This document shows, piece by piece, positions 24,775-34,341 of a DNA stretch of 38,235 nt. The stretch spans positions 1-38,235 of the forward strand of contig QNBL01000001.1 of NCBI GenBank assembly GCA_003641695.1, read 5' to 3'. The notes beneath the pieces are model-generated. The model was not told the origin of the DNA and did no database searches. It was given only the letters and a program-made list of their open reading frames with translations. Origin of the DNA: Spirochaetota bacterium. GTDB taxonomy: Bacteria > Spirochaetota > Spirochaetia > B11-G9. Each line of letters begins with the position of its first letter. The first letter of the stretch is position 1. The position numbers and the translations under genes are program-made.

Positions 24775-26001
24775 ATGAATATTGTTGTCATCGGGGCTCA
24801 ATGGGGTGATGAAGGTAAGGGTAAGATAGTTGACTATCTTGCCGAAGATGCAGATTTGATTGTCAGATTTTCCGGCGGGGCCAATGCCGGCCATACCATT
24901 GTCAGCAATGGGGAGACTTACAAACTGCACCTGATTCCCTCAGGAATAGTTTATCCGGATAAACAGGTTGTTCTGGGAACCGGTATGGTAATCGATCCTG
25001 AAGCACTTTTTTCAGAGCTGGAAACCATTGAGAAGCAGGGAATAAACTGGTCAAACAGGATTCGAATCTCTGACCGTGCACATATCGTTATGCCTGCGTA
25101 TAAACAGCTGGACAGAGAGATGGACAGCAAGCGGAGAAACCCCATAGGAACTACCGGCCGCGGTATTGGTGTAGCATACTCGATGAAGGCAAACAGGGAC
25201 GGTATTCGCATTGGAGACCTCTCTGACAGCAATTTTCTTGATACACTGAGCAAAGAAGAAAGATCTTTCCTTGATCCCTACATGGATAAACTCGTCAGCA
25301 TGTCTGTAAACATGACATACCTTTTGGAAAAGCATAAAGGGGGGAAAGTGCTATTTGAAGGAGCCCAGGGGATTCTCCTGGACCTTGATGTCGGTACTTA
25401 TCCGTTTGTTTCTTCAGGATATTCAGCTTCTGCCGGAGCAGCTCTCGGCGGCGGAATCGGTCCGACTGATATAGACAAGGTTCTCGGCGTTTTCAAGGCC
25501 TATTCAACCCGTGTCGGTAATGGACCTTTCCCCAGCGAGTTTCTTGCCGAACGAGACGGTAATCTGGAGGATGTCATTCGTGAAATTGGAAGGGAATACG
25601 GGGTTACGACAGGGCGGCCGAGAAGATGCGGCTATCTTGACCTGGTTGCCCTGCGTTATGCTTGCCTGACCAATTCCATTACTTCGCTGGTCATGACCCA
25701 TATTGATGTTTACGACGACATGGATGAAATCAAAGTCTGTACCGATTATGAGATTGATGGTGAGATCACCCGGGAATTCCCTTCCACTGCTGCAAAGCTT
25801 AACAGAGCTAAACCGGTCCTTAAAACATTCAAAGGATGGAAGACAGACCTTTCTTCGATAAAAGAATACGATAAACTTCCTCAAGAAGCCAAAACATACA
25901 TACAGTACATAGAAGAATACACCAGTACGCCTGCAGGGATTATTTCTGTAGGTTACGAACGGAAACAGACCATGATGCGAATTCCTTTATGGACAGAATA
26001 A
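24775..26001 (+). CDS. purA: Adenylosuccinate synthase
   Basis: Start at MNIVVIGAQWGDEGKGK (P-loop), with GGAG 7-8 nt upstream. Also GGANAGHT, TTGRGIGP-like (TTGRGIGVAY) and GTTGRPRRCGYLD. Confidence 0.97.
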   Translation: MNIVVIGAQWGDEGKGKIVDYLAEDADLIVRFSGGANAGHTIVSNGETYKLHLIPSGIVYPDKQVVLGTGMVIDPEALFSELETIEKQGINWSNRIRISDRAHIVMPAYKQLDREMDSKRRNPIGTTGRGIGVAYSMKANRDGIRIGDLSDSNFLDTLSKEERSFLDPYMDKLVSMSVNMTYLLEKHKGGKVLFEGAQGILLDLDVGTYPFVSSGYSASAGAALGGGIGPTDIDKVLGVFKAYSTRVGNGPFPSEFLAERDGNLEDVIREIGREYGVTTGRPRRCGYLDLVALRYACLTNSITSLVMTHIDVYDDMDEIKVCTDYEIDGEITREFPSTAAKLNRAKPVLKTFKGWKTDLSSIKEYDKLPQEAKTYIQYIEEYTSTPAGIISVGYERKQTMMRIPLWTE

Positions 26002-27536
26002 TAATTCTTGACTTTGGCGGGCAAACGACACAGCTGATTGCCCGGAGGATCAGGGAATTCGGTGTCTACAGTGAAATTATTTCCGGAACAGAGAATATTG
26101 AAAATGTAGATAAATCGGGCCTGAAAGGGATAATCTTTTCAGGCTCTCCCTATTCGGTATATGACGAGGAAGCTCCGAAACCGGACAGTTCTGTCTACAC
26201 TCTCGGAGTTCCGATTCTTGGAATTTGCTACGGTCTCCAGCTCATGACAACCCATTTCGGCGGTACGGTTCAGAATATGGAACACAAAGAGTTCGGAAGA
26301 GCTCCGGTTACCTTTGAACAGAATCTTGGGCTGTTCAGGGATGTTGCAAGCGGTTTTCAATCCTGGATGAGCCATGGGGACAGTATTGAAACTCCCGGTA
26401 AAGGGTTCACGATTGCTGCCAGATCAGAAAATCATCCCGCTGTGCTGGTTAACAGAGAATTAAACCTGTATGGTCTTCAGTTTCATCCTGAAGTAACGCA
26501 CTGCGACTATGGCTCAAAGATACTGGAAAACTTTGTTGCTGGAATCTGCGGAGCAGAAAAAAACTGGAATATGGACGAATACATAAGTCAGGAGATCGAT
26601 AAAATCCGTACTACAGTCGGAAACCGTGATATACTTGTTCTGATATCAGGCGGTGTTGACTCCACGGTAACAGGGGCCCTTCTTTTAAAAGCACTGCCTC
26701 CGGAACGTATCTTTTTGATGTATATAGATACAGGGCTCATGAGAAAAAATGAAACAGAAGAGGTAAAAGAGATCCTTTTAACCCTGGAAGCAAAGAATAT
26801 TCAGATAGTTGATGCTTCTTCCGACTTTCTCGGCGCCCTGAAGGGTATCGAAGATCCTGAAAAGAAACGGGCGGTTATCGGCGACCTTTTTATTAAGGTT
26901 CAGGAAAATTATCTTCCTTCTCAAATTGGAAACGACTATTTTCTTGCTCAGGGAACGCTCTATACCGATATGATAGAATCAGGGAAAGGGGTAGGGGAAA
27001 AAGCCAAAGTTATCAAATCCCACCACAACGTAAGATCTCCACTGGTAGAAAAGAAAAGAGAAACAGGGCTTATCATTGAACCTCTGTCCATGCTTTTTAA
27101 AGACGAAGTCAGAAAGCTGGGACTTGCATTGGGTTTGAAAAATGAGTTTGTTTATCGCCATCCTTTCCCCGGTCCGGGCCTCGGTGTAAGAATTCTCGGA
27201 GAAGTAACAGAAGAAAAGTGCAGAATACTGAAGGAGGCGGATGCACTGTTTATAAATGAACTGAAAAATCGTAACCTCTACAATAAAATATGGCAGGCAT
27301 TCTGTGTTCTGCTCCCTTTGAAATCTGTTGGTGTTGCCGGTGATGACAGGCGCTACGGATACATACTTGCCATGAGAGCAATAAACAGTATTGATGGGAT
27401 GACAGCCGATGTTTATCCTTTTAAAACCACCGACCTTCTTGAAATATCATCTGTAATCACAAATACAATACCCGAAGTTGGAAGGGTAGTTTATGATGTT
27501 TCCAGTAAACCACCGGCTACAATAGAGTGGGAGTAG
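25989..27536 (+). CDS. guaA: GMP synthase (glutamine-hydrolysing)
   Basis: GATase motifs ILDFGGQ..., GICYGLQL (catalytic Cys) and HPE. ATP-PPase P-loop SGGVDSTV. C-terminal dimerisation end ...PPATIEWE. Overlaps purA by 13 nt. Confidence 0.97.
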   Translation: MDRIIILDFGGQTTQLIARRIREFGVYSEIISGTENIENVDKSGLKGIIFSGSPYSVYDEEAPKPDSSVYTLGVPILGICYGLQLMTTHFGGTVQNMEHKEFGRAPVTFEQNLGLFRDVASGFQSWMSHGDSIETPGKGFTIAARSENHPAVLVNRELNLYGLQFHPEVTHCDYGSKILENFVAGICGAEKNWNMDEYISQEIDKIRTTVGNRDILVLISGGVDSTVTGALLLKALPPERIFLMYIDTGLMRKNETEEVKEILLTLEAKNIQIVDASSDFLGALKGIEDPEKKRAVIGDLFIKVQENYLPSQIGNDYFLAQGTLYTDMIESGKGVGEKAKVIKSHHNVRSPLVEKKRETGLIIEPLSMLFKDEVRKLGLALGLKNEFVYRHPFPGPGLGVRILGEVTEEKCRILKEADALFINELKNRNLYNKIWQAFCVLLPLKSVGVAGDDRRYGYILAMRAINSIDGMTADVYPFKTTDLLEISSVITNTIPEVGRVVYDVSSKPPATIEWE

Positions 27537-27549
27537 CCTTGGAATCTCA

Positions 27550-28920
27550 ATGAGTGAATTTAAAAAAAAAGAGATAAAGGGGATCTACGAAGGACCCGTA
27601 TTTTCTATTCTCATCAAGCTTACCCTCCCGATTCTGGCTGGAATGCTTTTTCAGCTTGTCTACAATGTAATCGATACTTTGTGGATAAGCCGGATTGATA
27701 GCAGCGATCCTTCCTATGTTGGAGGAACCGGAATCATCTTCCCCGTTGTCTTTATTGCTATTTCCCTATCCAATGGTATTCTTGTCGGAATCTCTTCTCT
27801 GGTAGCCAGAGGGATAGGAGAAGAAAATAAAAAAATAGTAAATCTTACTACTGAATCAGGCTTGTTTATTGCCGTTATTCTTGCAGTAATCGTAATTGTC
27901 TTTGGGTATATCTTTGATGATAAACTTGTCAGTATTCTGGGAGCCGAAGGTTCATACAGCATGCACGCTCTGGAGTATCTCCGGTACATAATTCCAGGAG
28001 CTGCAGCAATGTTTACCCTGAGTGTATTCAATGGAATCCTTCAGGGTGAAGGACTCATGAAGTACGTTATGATCTCCATGGCAATTGGCACAATAGTGAA
28101 TATTATTCTTGATCCACTATTTATATTCATCCTGAGCATGGGGGTAAAGGGAGCTGCTCTGGCAACGGTTATTGCCCAGGTATTTTCTGTTGTATACTCA
28201 GTATCAGTTTTTATCAGAAACAAAACACTTATCAAGGTAGAATGGAAGATAGGAAACATTCATCCTCATTTTATCAGCAAAATCATTGCGATTGGATTTC
28301 CCCAGTCACTTGCAATGATTTTCATCGGGATCAGTTTTCTCATTTTTAACAGAATAGTGATATCAATTGATCCTCTGGCATTAACAGCATTCTCTCTGTG
28401 CGGAAGATTCGATCAGATTGTTTTAATTCCTTTATTTGCACTGGGAGCGGCATTGATTACCCTCGTTGGTCAGAATGCCGGAAGAGGAAACTACGAAAGG
28501 ATAAAACAGATCATGCTATCAGCTCTGGTCTCATCCTTTGTTGTAATTATTGTTACCGCAACTAGTATGGTTATTGCAGCTCCCTGGATTTATTCCTTTT
28601 TCAGCACCAATAAACAGGTAGTCCTCTATGCTGTTACCCAAACACGGCTTATGGAGTATTTTTATCTTTTTGCAGCAGTAGGTATTATTTCCCGCTCTTT
28701 CTTTCAAGCGATCGGATCACCATTTCCTGCTTTTGTTATTGTTTTAATGCGATTGCTGCTCATTGCTGTACCATCAGCATACATTTTTGTTTATATTTTT
28801 AACATGGGAATGTACGGAGTCTGGTTGGGTCTTATTACGGGCAACTTTATAACGGCAGTAGTAAGCTCCCTGTGGACTTCAGCCAGGATCAAGAGTTTAT
28901 TGTCCCGGGAGGTATACTGA
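27550..28920 (+). CDS. MATE-family efflux transporter
   Basis: About 12 hydrophobic TM segments. The N-terminal pattern LPILAGMLFQLVYNVIDTLWISR is typical of MatE/NorM-like proteins. Confidence 0.9.
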   Translation: MSEFKKKEIKGIYEGPVFSILIKLTLPILAGMLFQLVYNVIDTLWISRIDSSDPSYVGGTGIIFPVVFIAISLSNGILVGISSLVARGIGEENKKIVNLTTESGLFIAVILAVIVIVFGYIFDDKLVSILGAEGSYSMHALEYLRYIIPGAAAMFTLSVFNGILQGEGLMKYVMISMAIGTIVNIILDPLFIFILSMGVKGAALATVIAQVFSVVYSVSVFIRNKTLIKVEWKIGNIHPHFISKIIAIGFPQSLAMIFIGISFLIFNRIVISIDPLALTAFSLCGRFDQIVLIPLFALGAALITLVGQNAGRGNYERIKQIMLSALVSSFVVIIVTATSMVIAAPWIYSFFSTNKQVVLYAVTQTRLMEYFYLFAAVGIISRSFFQAIGSPFPAFVIVLMRLLLIAVPSAYIFVYIFNMGMYGVWLGLITGNFITAVVSSLWTSARIKSLLSREVY

Positions 28921-30872
28921 TGTTTTCAGATTATAATTTTGTAAGAACAGCTGCAGTTGTTCCTAAAACAAGAGTTGCTGATCCGATTTTCAACATGGGT
29001 GAAATAATCAACGCAGCCAGGACTGCAGCTTTCAAAGGTGCGGATATTATTGTTTTTCCTGAACTGGCAATTACCTCCTATACATGCGGTGATCTATTCA
29101 GGCAAAAGGCTCTGCTTGAAAGTTCTCTTGATGCATTAAACAATTGCCTTGTTTTCAGCAATACTGTATCCTCTGTGATTATTCTGGGTATTCCGTTACA
29201 AATAGAGGGAAAACTGTTCAACTGTGCCGCAGTTCTTCAAAAAGGCAAAATACTCGGTGTTGTTCCCAAGACCTATATACCGAACAACAGCGAATTCTAC
29301 GAAGCCAGATGGTTTGCTTCATCAAGGGAATCCTGCGTAGAAACAATCGAACTTTTCGGCAGTACAATACCCTTTAAGCCCCAAATCATATTCAAGAGTA
29401 TTTGCCACAGAGGTTTTAGTTTTTCAGTTGAAATCTGTGAAGATCTCTGGGCAGTTATCTCCCCCGGATCGCTGCATGCCCTCGCAGGCGCAGAATTGAT
29501 TCTTAATCTTTCTTCAAGCAACGAATTTGCCGGAAAGTCCCTTTATCGCAGGAATCTGGTAAAATCCCAGTCCGGCAGTGCCCTCTGCGGTTATGTTTAT
29601 ACCTCTTCAGGCACCGGGGAATCAACGACAGACACTGTATACGGGGGACACAGTATAATTGCTGAAAACGGGAAAGTACTGACCGAAAACAGCCGTTTCT
29701 CCATTGATACTTCGATTTTATATGCAGATATTGATCTAGATATTATACGGCATGAAAGAATAAACAACATTTCTTACAGCAGGATCTTTCCGGGGCTCAA
29801 AAAGGATAGTTATTCAATACAGAAACTTGCAGCTGATACACGTACGGTAAAGGATAATTCTCTATTTATACGAAACATCGAATCCCGTCCTTTCGTTCCC
29901 GATGATGAGTCCAACAGGAAGGAAAGATGTGAGGAAATCCTGAATATTCAGAGTACGGGACTGGCAACCCGTTTGAGTCATACCGGCATTAGCAGGGTAG
30001 TTATCGGTCTTTCAGGAGGACTGGATTCAACGCTGGCATTTCTCGTTACTGTGGACGCTTTTACAAAACTTAATCTTGATTTAGCAGGAATCCACCTTAT
30101 AACAATGCCCGGATTTGGTACAACTGACAGAACCAGAGGAAATGTTGAAAAACTCTGCAGTGCAATGGGACTGCCCCTTGAAAGAATAAGTATTGTAGAT
30201 GCAGCAGGGCGTCATCTTGAAGATATAGGGCATGACGGAACAACTGCAGACATTACCTATGAGAATGCCCAGGCCCGGGAACGTACCCAGATTCTTATGG
30301 ACAAGGCTAACCTTCTGGGTGCCCTGGTTATCGGCACCGGTGATCTCTCCGAACTTGCACTGGGTTGGTGTACCTACAACGGCGACCATATGTCCATGTA
30401 TGCAGTCAACAGCGGAGTTCCCAAGACCCTTGTTTCCTATCTAATCAGGTACTACAAGGAAGAGAGAGCTTCCCGGGAGGTTTCAGAGATTCTTGAGGAT
30501 ATCATAGCCACACCTATCTCTCCAGAGCTTCTTCCTCCCGGTGAAGAGGGGGAAATTCTACAAAAAACGGAAGATAAAGTAGGACCGTATGAACTGCATG
30601 ACTTTTTTTTGTATAATGTTGTCAGGTTTGCCTTTGATCCTCAAAAGGTACTGTACCTTGCCGAAACAGCTTTTAAAGCACAATACGATAGAGATACTCT
30701 CATAAAATGGCTGAAAGTGTTCTACCGGAGGTTCTTTTCACAACAGTTTAAACGCTCTGCAATACCCGATGGTCCCAAGGTGGGAACCATAGCCCTCTCA
30801 CCGAGAGCAGATTGGCGAATGCCCAGCGATGCTTCAGTTTCTCTCTGGCTTGAAGAAATTGAAAAGGGATAA
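28920..30872 (+). CDS. nadE: Glutamine-dependent NAD+ synthetase (nitrilase-like domain fused to NAD synthetase domain)
   Basis: I prefer the ATG at 28920 (GGAGG upstream; it shares its A with the MATE stop TGA). CN-hydrolase triad context: FPELAITSY, VPKTYIPN, VEICEDLW. Synthetase P-loop GLSGGLDS. Confidence 0.93.
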   Translation: MFSDYNFVRTAAVVPKTRVADPIFNMGEIINAARTAAFKGADIIVFPELAITSYTCGDLFRQKALLESSLDALNNCLVFSNTVSSVIILGIPLQIEGKLFNCAAVLQKGKILGVVPKTYIPNNSEFYEARWFASSRESCVETIELFGSTIPFKPQIIFKSICHRGFSFSVEICEDLWAVISPGSLHALAGAELILNLSSSNEFAGKSLYRRNLVKSQSGSALCGYVYTSSGTGESTTDTVYGGHSIIAENGKVLTENSRFSIDTSILYADIDLDIIRHERINNISYSRIFPGLKKDSYSIQKLAADTRTVKDNSLFIRNIESRPFVPDDESNRKERCEEILNIQSTGLATRLSHTGISRVVIGLSGGLDSTLAFLVTVDAFTKLNLDLAGIHLITMPGFGTTDRTRGNVEKLCSAMGLPLERISIVDAAGRHLEDIGHDGTTADITYENAQARERTQILMDKANLLGALVIGTGDLSELALGWCTYNGDHMSMYAVNSGVPKTLVSYLIRYYKEERASREVSEILEDIIATPISPELLPPGEEGEILQKTEDKVGPYELHDFFLYNVVRFAFDPQKVLYLAETAFKAQYDRDTLIKWLKVFYRRFFSQQFKRSAIPDGPKVGTIALSPRADWRMPSDASVSLWLEEIEKG

Positions 30873-30882
30873 AGGTCTTCTT

Positions 30883-33144
30883 TTATTTTAGAGACGCAAG
30901 ATAATCCTCCGGCAGTTTTAAAGGGAGAGTAGTGCACCTGTACCCGGTTGCATTATAAAGGGCATTTGCAATCGCAGGTGCGGTAATCTCAAGAGCAGGT
31001 TCCCCAATTCCCTTTGCACCGGTAGGGGAGTTAGGGTCAGAATTTTCAATGATAATAGCTTTTAACTCCGGAGTATCACCTGCTTTCGGGATTTTGTATG
31101 TGTTGTAATTAAGGGAAAGAACGTGTCCATTCTCAATCTTGAAGTCCTCAGTAACAGCCATCCCCATTCCCTGTACTATACCCCCGAAAATCTGTCCCTC
31201 AAGCATGGCGGGGTTTACCGCTTTACCTATATCGTGAGCTGCTGTTACGCTTAATACTTTAATTTTCCCTGTCTTTTTATTAACCTCTACCTCAGCCGCC
31301 TGGCAGCTGTATACATAGGTAAAATAGGCATCCCCCTGTCCGTTCTCTTCATCCCAGGTAACCGAGGGTGCCTGGAAATAACCGAATGCGAAGGGATAGA
31401 CCCTCTTTGAATACATGAAACTAACTGCTTCTTCCCAGGTAACCTTTTTCCCGTTCCTGCCCCAGAGATAATCTTCTCTAAAGACAACTTCCCTCGGGAG
31501 GCAGTTCAGCTTGTCCGCTATGTTTTCAGACATGATCTCTTTTAGCTTTGTAACACCATCTGCAATGGCACCTCCCCCAAGAAGGGTTCCCCGGGATGCT
31601 ACAGTCGTTCCGCTGTCAGGTATATGGGAAGTGGAAGGTGCTTTGTAAAGAATTCTTTCGAGCTTTACACCGAGCAGATCAGCAAGTATTAAACGCAGGG
31701 CACTCTCTGCGCCCTGTCCATTTTCATTTATACCCGTTTCCAGAATAATTGAACCGTCAAACTGGCAATTAATGGTACATGAAGCAAAATCTTTTCCTTC
31801 TGCCCCGATACTTGATCCGCGGTATGATAAAGCCATCCCTATGCCGTATAGCGTTTCACCATCTGAATGACCTCTGCTTGACCGTTTCAATTTATTAAGA
31901 AAATCTGTTTCCCTGACAACTGCATCAAGTACTTCATGGGTACTTACCTCATGGGTATCCAGGACTTGTCCGGTGATGGTTGTTGATCCGTTAACCACTG
32001 CATTCCTTTTCCGTATCTCAACCGGATCCATACCCAGTTTTTCTGCAGCACTATCCATGACTTGTTCAACCGAAAAGTTTACCTGGGGTGAACCGAATCC
32101 CCTAAAAGCTCCCGCCGGAACGTTGTTGGTAGTAACTCCGTACACATCGGTTCTAACATTCGGAACAACGTATGGTCCGCAGCTCTGTGCGGTAGATCTC
32201 CATGTGGACCAGGGAGTGGTGGAAGTATACGCCCCGGAATCAGCCAATATCCGGCATCTGACCGCATTGATTCTTCCGTCGTTCATAAATCCGTAGGTAT
32301 ACCATATTTTATAAGCCGGCCTCTTGTAGCTCTCCATCATTGACCACTCTCTGGTATAGATCATTTTTACCGGCCTGTTAGTCAGGACAGCCGCAAGAGC
32401 AGCCCGTGCAGCTATCATCGAAGCAGTATCATCCTTTCCGCCGAAACTTCCTCCGGTAGGATGGGAAAACACTTCCACTTTGGCTTCGGGTATCCCCAGA
32501 TGGGCTGCTACAAATCTGCGGGTGCTGAATGGATGCTGAATACTACCATACACCTCTATTATTCCGTCTCCCTTTGGAACACAAACGGCCCCTTCCGGTT
32601 CAAGATATGCATGTTCCACAAAAGGAGTTTCAAATTCCATATCAATGACAAAATCCGATTCTTTAAGACCTTTCTCGATATCACCGCTTCTAACCTTATG
32701 GTGACATATAATATTATTTTTATATCCCTCGTGAACGAGGGGAGAACCGTCTTTGACAGCTTCTTCCGGATTGACTACAGGAGGAATTTCGTCCGCAGTA
32801 ACCTTTATAAACGGAACAGCCTTTAAAGCCTGTTCCCTGCTTTCTGCAACAACAAGAGCAGCAACATCACCTTCAAACCTGATTTTATCCTTGGCAAGGA
32901 TGTAGTAATCCTTGAAAATCTGTCCGTACGCAACCGTTCCGGGAACATCTTTCCACGTTACTACCCTTACAACTCCCGGCTGTTTTTCAGCTTCTGCAGT
33001 CATAATATTAACAATTTTTGCATGTGTATAACCGGAATAAACAGGAACACAAAAAAACTGACCGGGAAAGTTTATATCATCTGCATACTTGGCTCTGCCG
33101 GTAACTTTTGTATATGAATCATTTCTGAAGGCTTTTTGTTTCAT
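30883..33144 (-). CDS. Xanthine dehydrogenase/aldehyde oxidase-family molybdopterin-binding large subunit
   Basis: Hammerhead domain at the N-terminus (VTGRAKYADD...). Motifs GGSFGGKDD, AGAFRGFGSPQ and the catalytic-Glu motif AKGIGEPAL. There is no fused 2Fe-2S or FAD domain. Confidence 0.9.
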   Translation of the reverse strand: MKQKAFRNDSYTKVTGRAKYADDINFPGQFFCVPVYSGYTHAKIVNIMTAEAEKQPGVVRVVTWKDVPGTVAYGQIFKDYYILAKDKIRFEGDVAALVVAESREQALKAVPFIKVTADEIPPVVNPEEAVKDGSPLVHEGYKNNIICHHKVRSGDIEKGLKESDFVIDMEFETPFVEHAYLEPEGAVCVPKGDGIIEVYGSIQHPFSTRRFVAAHLGIPEAKVEVFSHPTGGSFGGKDDTASMIAARAALAAVLTNRPVKMIYTREWSMMESYKRPAYKIWYTYGFMNDGRINAVRCRILADSGAYTSTTPWSTWRSTAQSCGPYVVPNVRTDVYGVTTNNVPAGAFRGFGSPQVNFSVEQVMDSAAEKLGMDPVEIRKRNAVVNGSTTITGQVLDTHEVSTHEVLDAVVRETDFLNKLKRSSRGHSDGETLYGIGMALSYRGSSIGAEGKDFASCTINCQFDGSIILETGINENGQGAESALRLILADLLGVKLERILYKAPSTSHIPDSGTTVASRGTLLGGGAIADGVTKLKEIMSENIADKLNCLPREVVFREDYLWGRNGKKVTWEEAVSFMYSKRVYPFAFGYFQAPSVTWDEENGQGDAYFTYVYSCQAAEVEVNKKTGKIKVLSVTAAHDIGKAVNPAMLEGQIFGGIVQGMGMAVTEDFKIENGHVLSLNYNTYKIPKAGDTPELKAIIIENSDPNSPTGAKGIGEPALEITAPAIANALYNATGYRCTTLPLKLPEDYLASLK

Positions 33145-33162
33145 TGTTACTCTCCATGGTGG

Positions 33163-33190
33163 ATTATATCCTATTCTTTAATTTTTGCAA
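33163..33190 (-). promoter_or_regulatory. Sigma70-like promoter for the XDH-family gene
   Basis: On the minus strand: TTGCAA (33185-33190), 16-nt spacer, TATAAT (33163-33168). SD GGAGAG lies 6 nt before the ATG. Confidence 0.5.
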
Positions 33191-33270
33191 ACATATTTTG
33201 CTATAAAACAACAAATCTATCAAGAATAATACGGAAAACCGTAATTATTCAAATTTCAATCCCGGAAGTA

Positions 33271-33299
33271 TAGATAATTATTTAACTCAGGTTTATACT
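33271..33299 (+). promoter_or_regulatory. Candidate promoter for mnmA, placed to give a (near-)leaderless mRNA
   Basis: TAGATA (33271-33276), 17-nt spacer, TATACT (33294-33299). Only 7 nt separate the -10 element from the ATG at 33307, and no SD is present. Confidence 0.35.
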
Positions 33300-33306
33300 G
33301 TCATCC

Positions 33307-34341
33307 ATGGGAGCTAAAATTGCAGTTGGAATCAGCGGAGGAGTAGACTCCTCCGTAACCGCCTATCTACTAAAAGAGAAGGGTTTTGAAGTTACAGGAA
33401 TATGGATGGATATCCTCGGACATCCTGAAGCATCTCACGATGCTGCAAGGGTAGCAGAGTTTTTAAGGATACCTTTTTTCCGGGTTGATCTCGAACAGGA
33501 GTACAGAAATCACGTTATCTCATATATAAAAACAGAATATGTTTCAGGAAAAACTCCTAATCCTTGTGTTTTCTGTAACAGATTTGTAAAATTCGGTGCA
33601 TTTCTTGACAAAGCACTCGAATCGGGAATTTCTTTTGATTATTTTGCAACCGGTCACTACGCGATACTTTCCCATAATAAAAATACCGGTAGATACAGTT
33701 TAAAACAGGGTGTATCCAAAGAGAAGGATCAGGTATATTTCCTTTCCATGCTTAGACAGAAACAGCTGAAGAGACTCATGTTCCCCCTTGGAGGAATGGA
33801 GAAGAAAGAGGTGAAAGAGATAGCCGAAGAAATCGGACTGTTTACCGCCATGAAGCGGGAGAGTCAGGATCTTTGTACCGGAGATTACCGGCAGTTCATA
33901 ACCTCAGGAACCGAAGTGGGTTCTTTTATCACAAGAGACGGCCGTGTTCTGGGAAAGCACAGGGGAATTGAACATTACACCATTGGACAGAGAAGGGGAC
34001 TCGGTATAAGTTCAAGTACCGAACCTTACTATGTTATTGAGATAAATCCTGATCAAAATACCATTGTACTTGGATTCGACGTTGATCTAAAGAATAAAGG
34101 GATGACCGTCAGTCAGACGAACTGGTTCCCTTTTGAAAAACCTGAACTGCCTTTGAAGGTACTGTGCAAGATACGGTACAGAGACAGCGGATCTCCTGCC
34201 GTGATATCCAGTGCACTTCCCGATGGTACGTATAAAGTATCCTTTGAAAACTACAGAAGGGCCATAACACCGGGGCAGATAGCCGCTTTCTACCAAGAAG
34301 ATGAGCTCCTTGGTGCAGGCATAATCACTGATTATTATTAA
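33307..34341 (+). CDS. mnmA: tRNA-specific 2-thiouridylase (tRNA U34 2-thiolation)
   Basis: PP-loop GISGGVDSSV at aa 8-17. Catalytic Cys contexts NPCVFCN and QDLC. Length and C-terminal barrel are typical of MnmA. Confidence 0.95.
   Translation: MGAKIAVGISGGVDSSVTAYLLKEKGFEVTGIWMDILGHPEASHDAARVAEFLRIPFFRVDLEQEYRNHVISYIKTEYVSGKTPNPCVFCNRFVKFGAFLDKALESGISFDYFATGHYAILSHNKNTGRYSLKQGVSKEKDQVYFLSMLRQKQLKRLMFPLGGMEKKEVKEIAEEIGLFTAMKRESQDLCTGDYRQFITSGTEVGSFITRDGRVLGKHRGIEHYTIGQRRGLGISSSTEPYYVIEINPDQNTIVLGFDVDLKNKGMTVSQTNWFPFEKPELPLKVLCKIRYRDSGSPAVISSALPDGTYKVSFENYRRAITPGQIAAFYQEDELLGAGIITDYY

Noticed and set aside
33145-33306. A possible purine or Moco riboswitch upstream of the XDH-family gene or mnmA
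   Set aside because: The promoter placement leaves only a ~20-nt leader for the XDH gene and essentially none for mnmA. I could not find the conserved purine-riboswitch junction or Moco-motif sequences.
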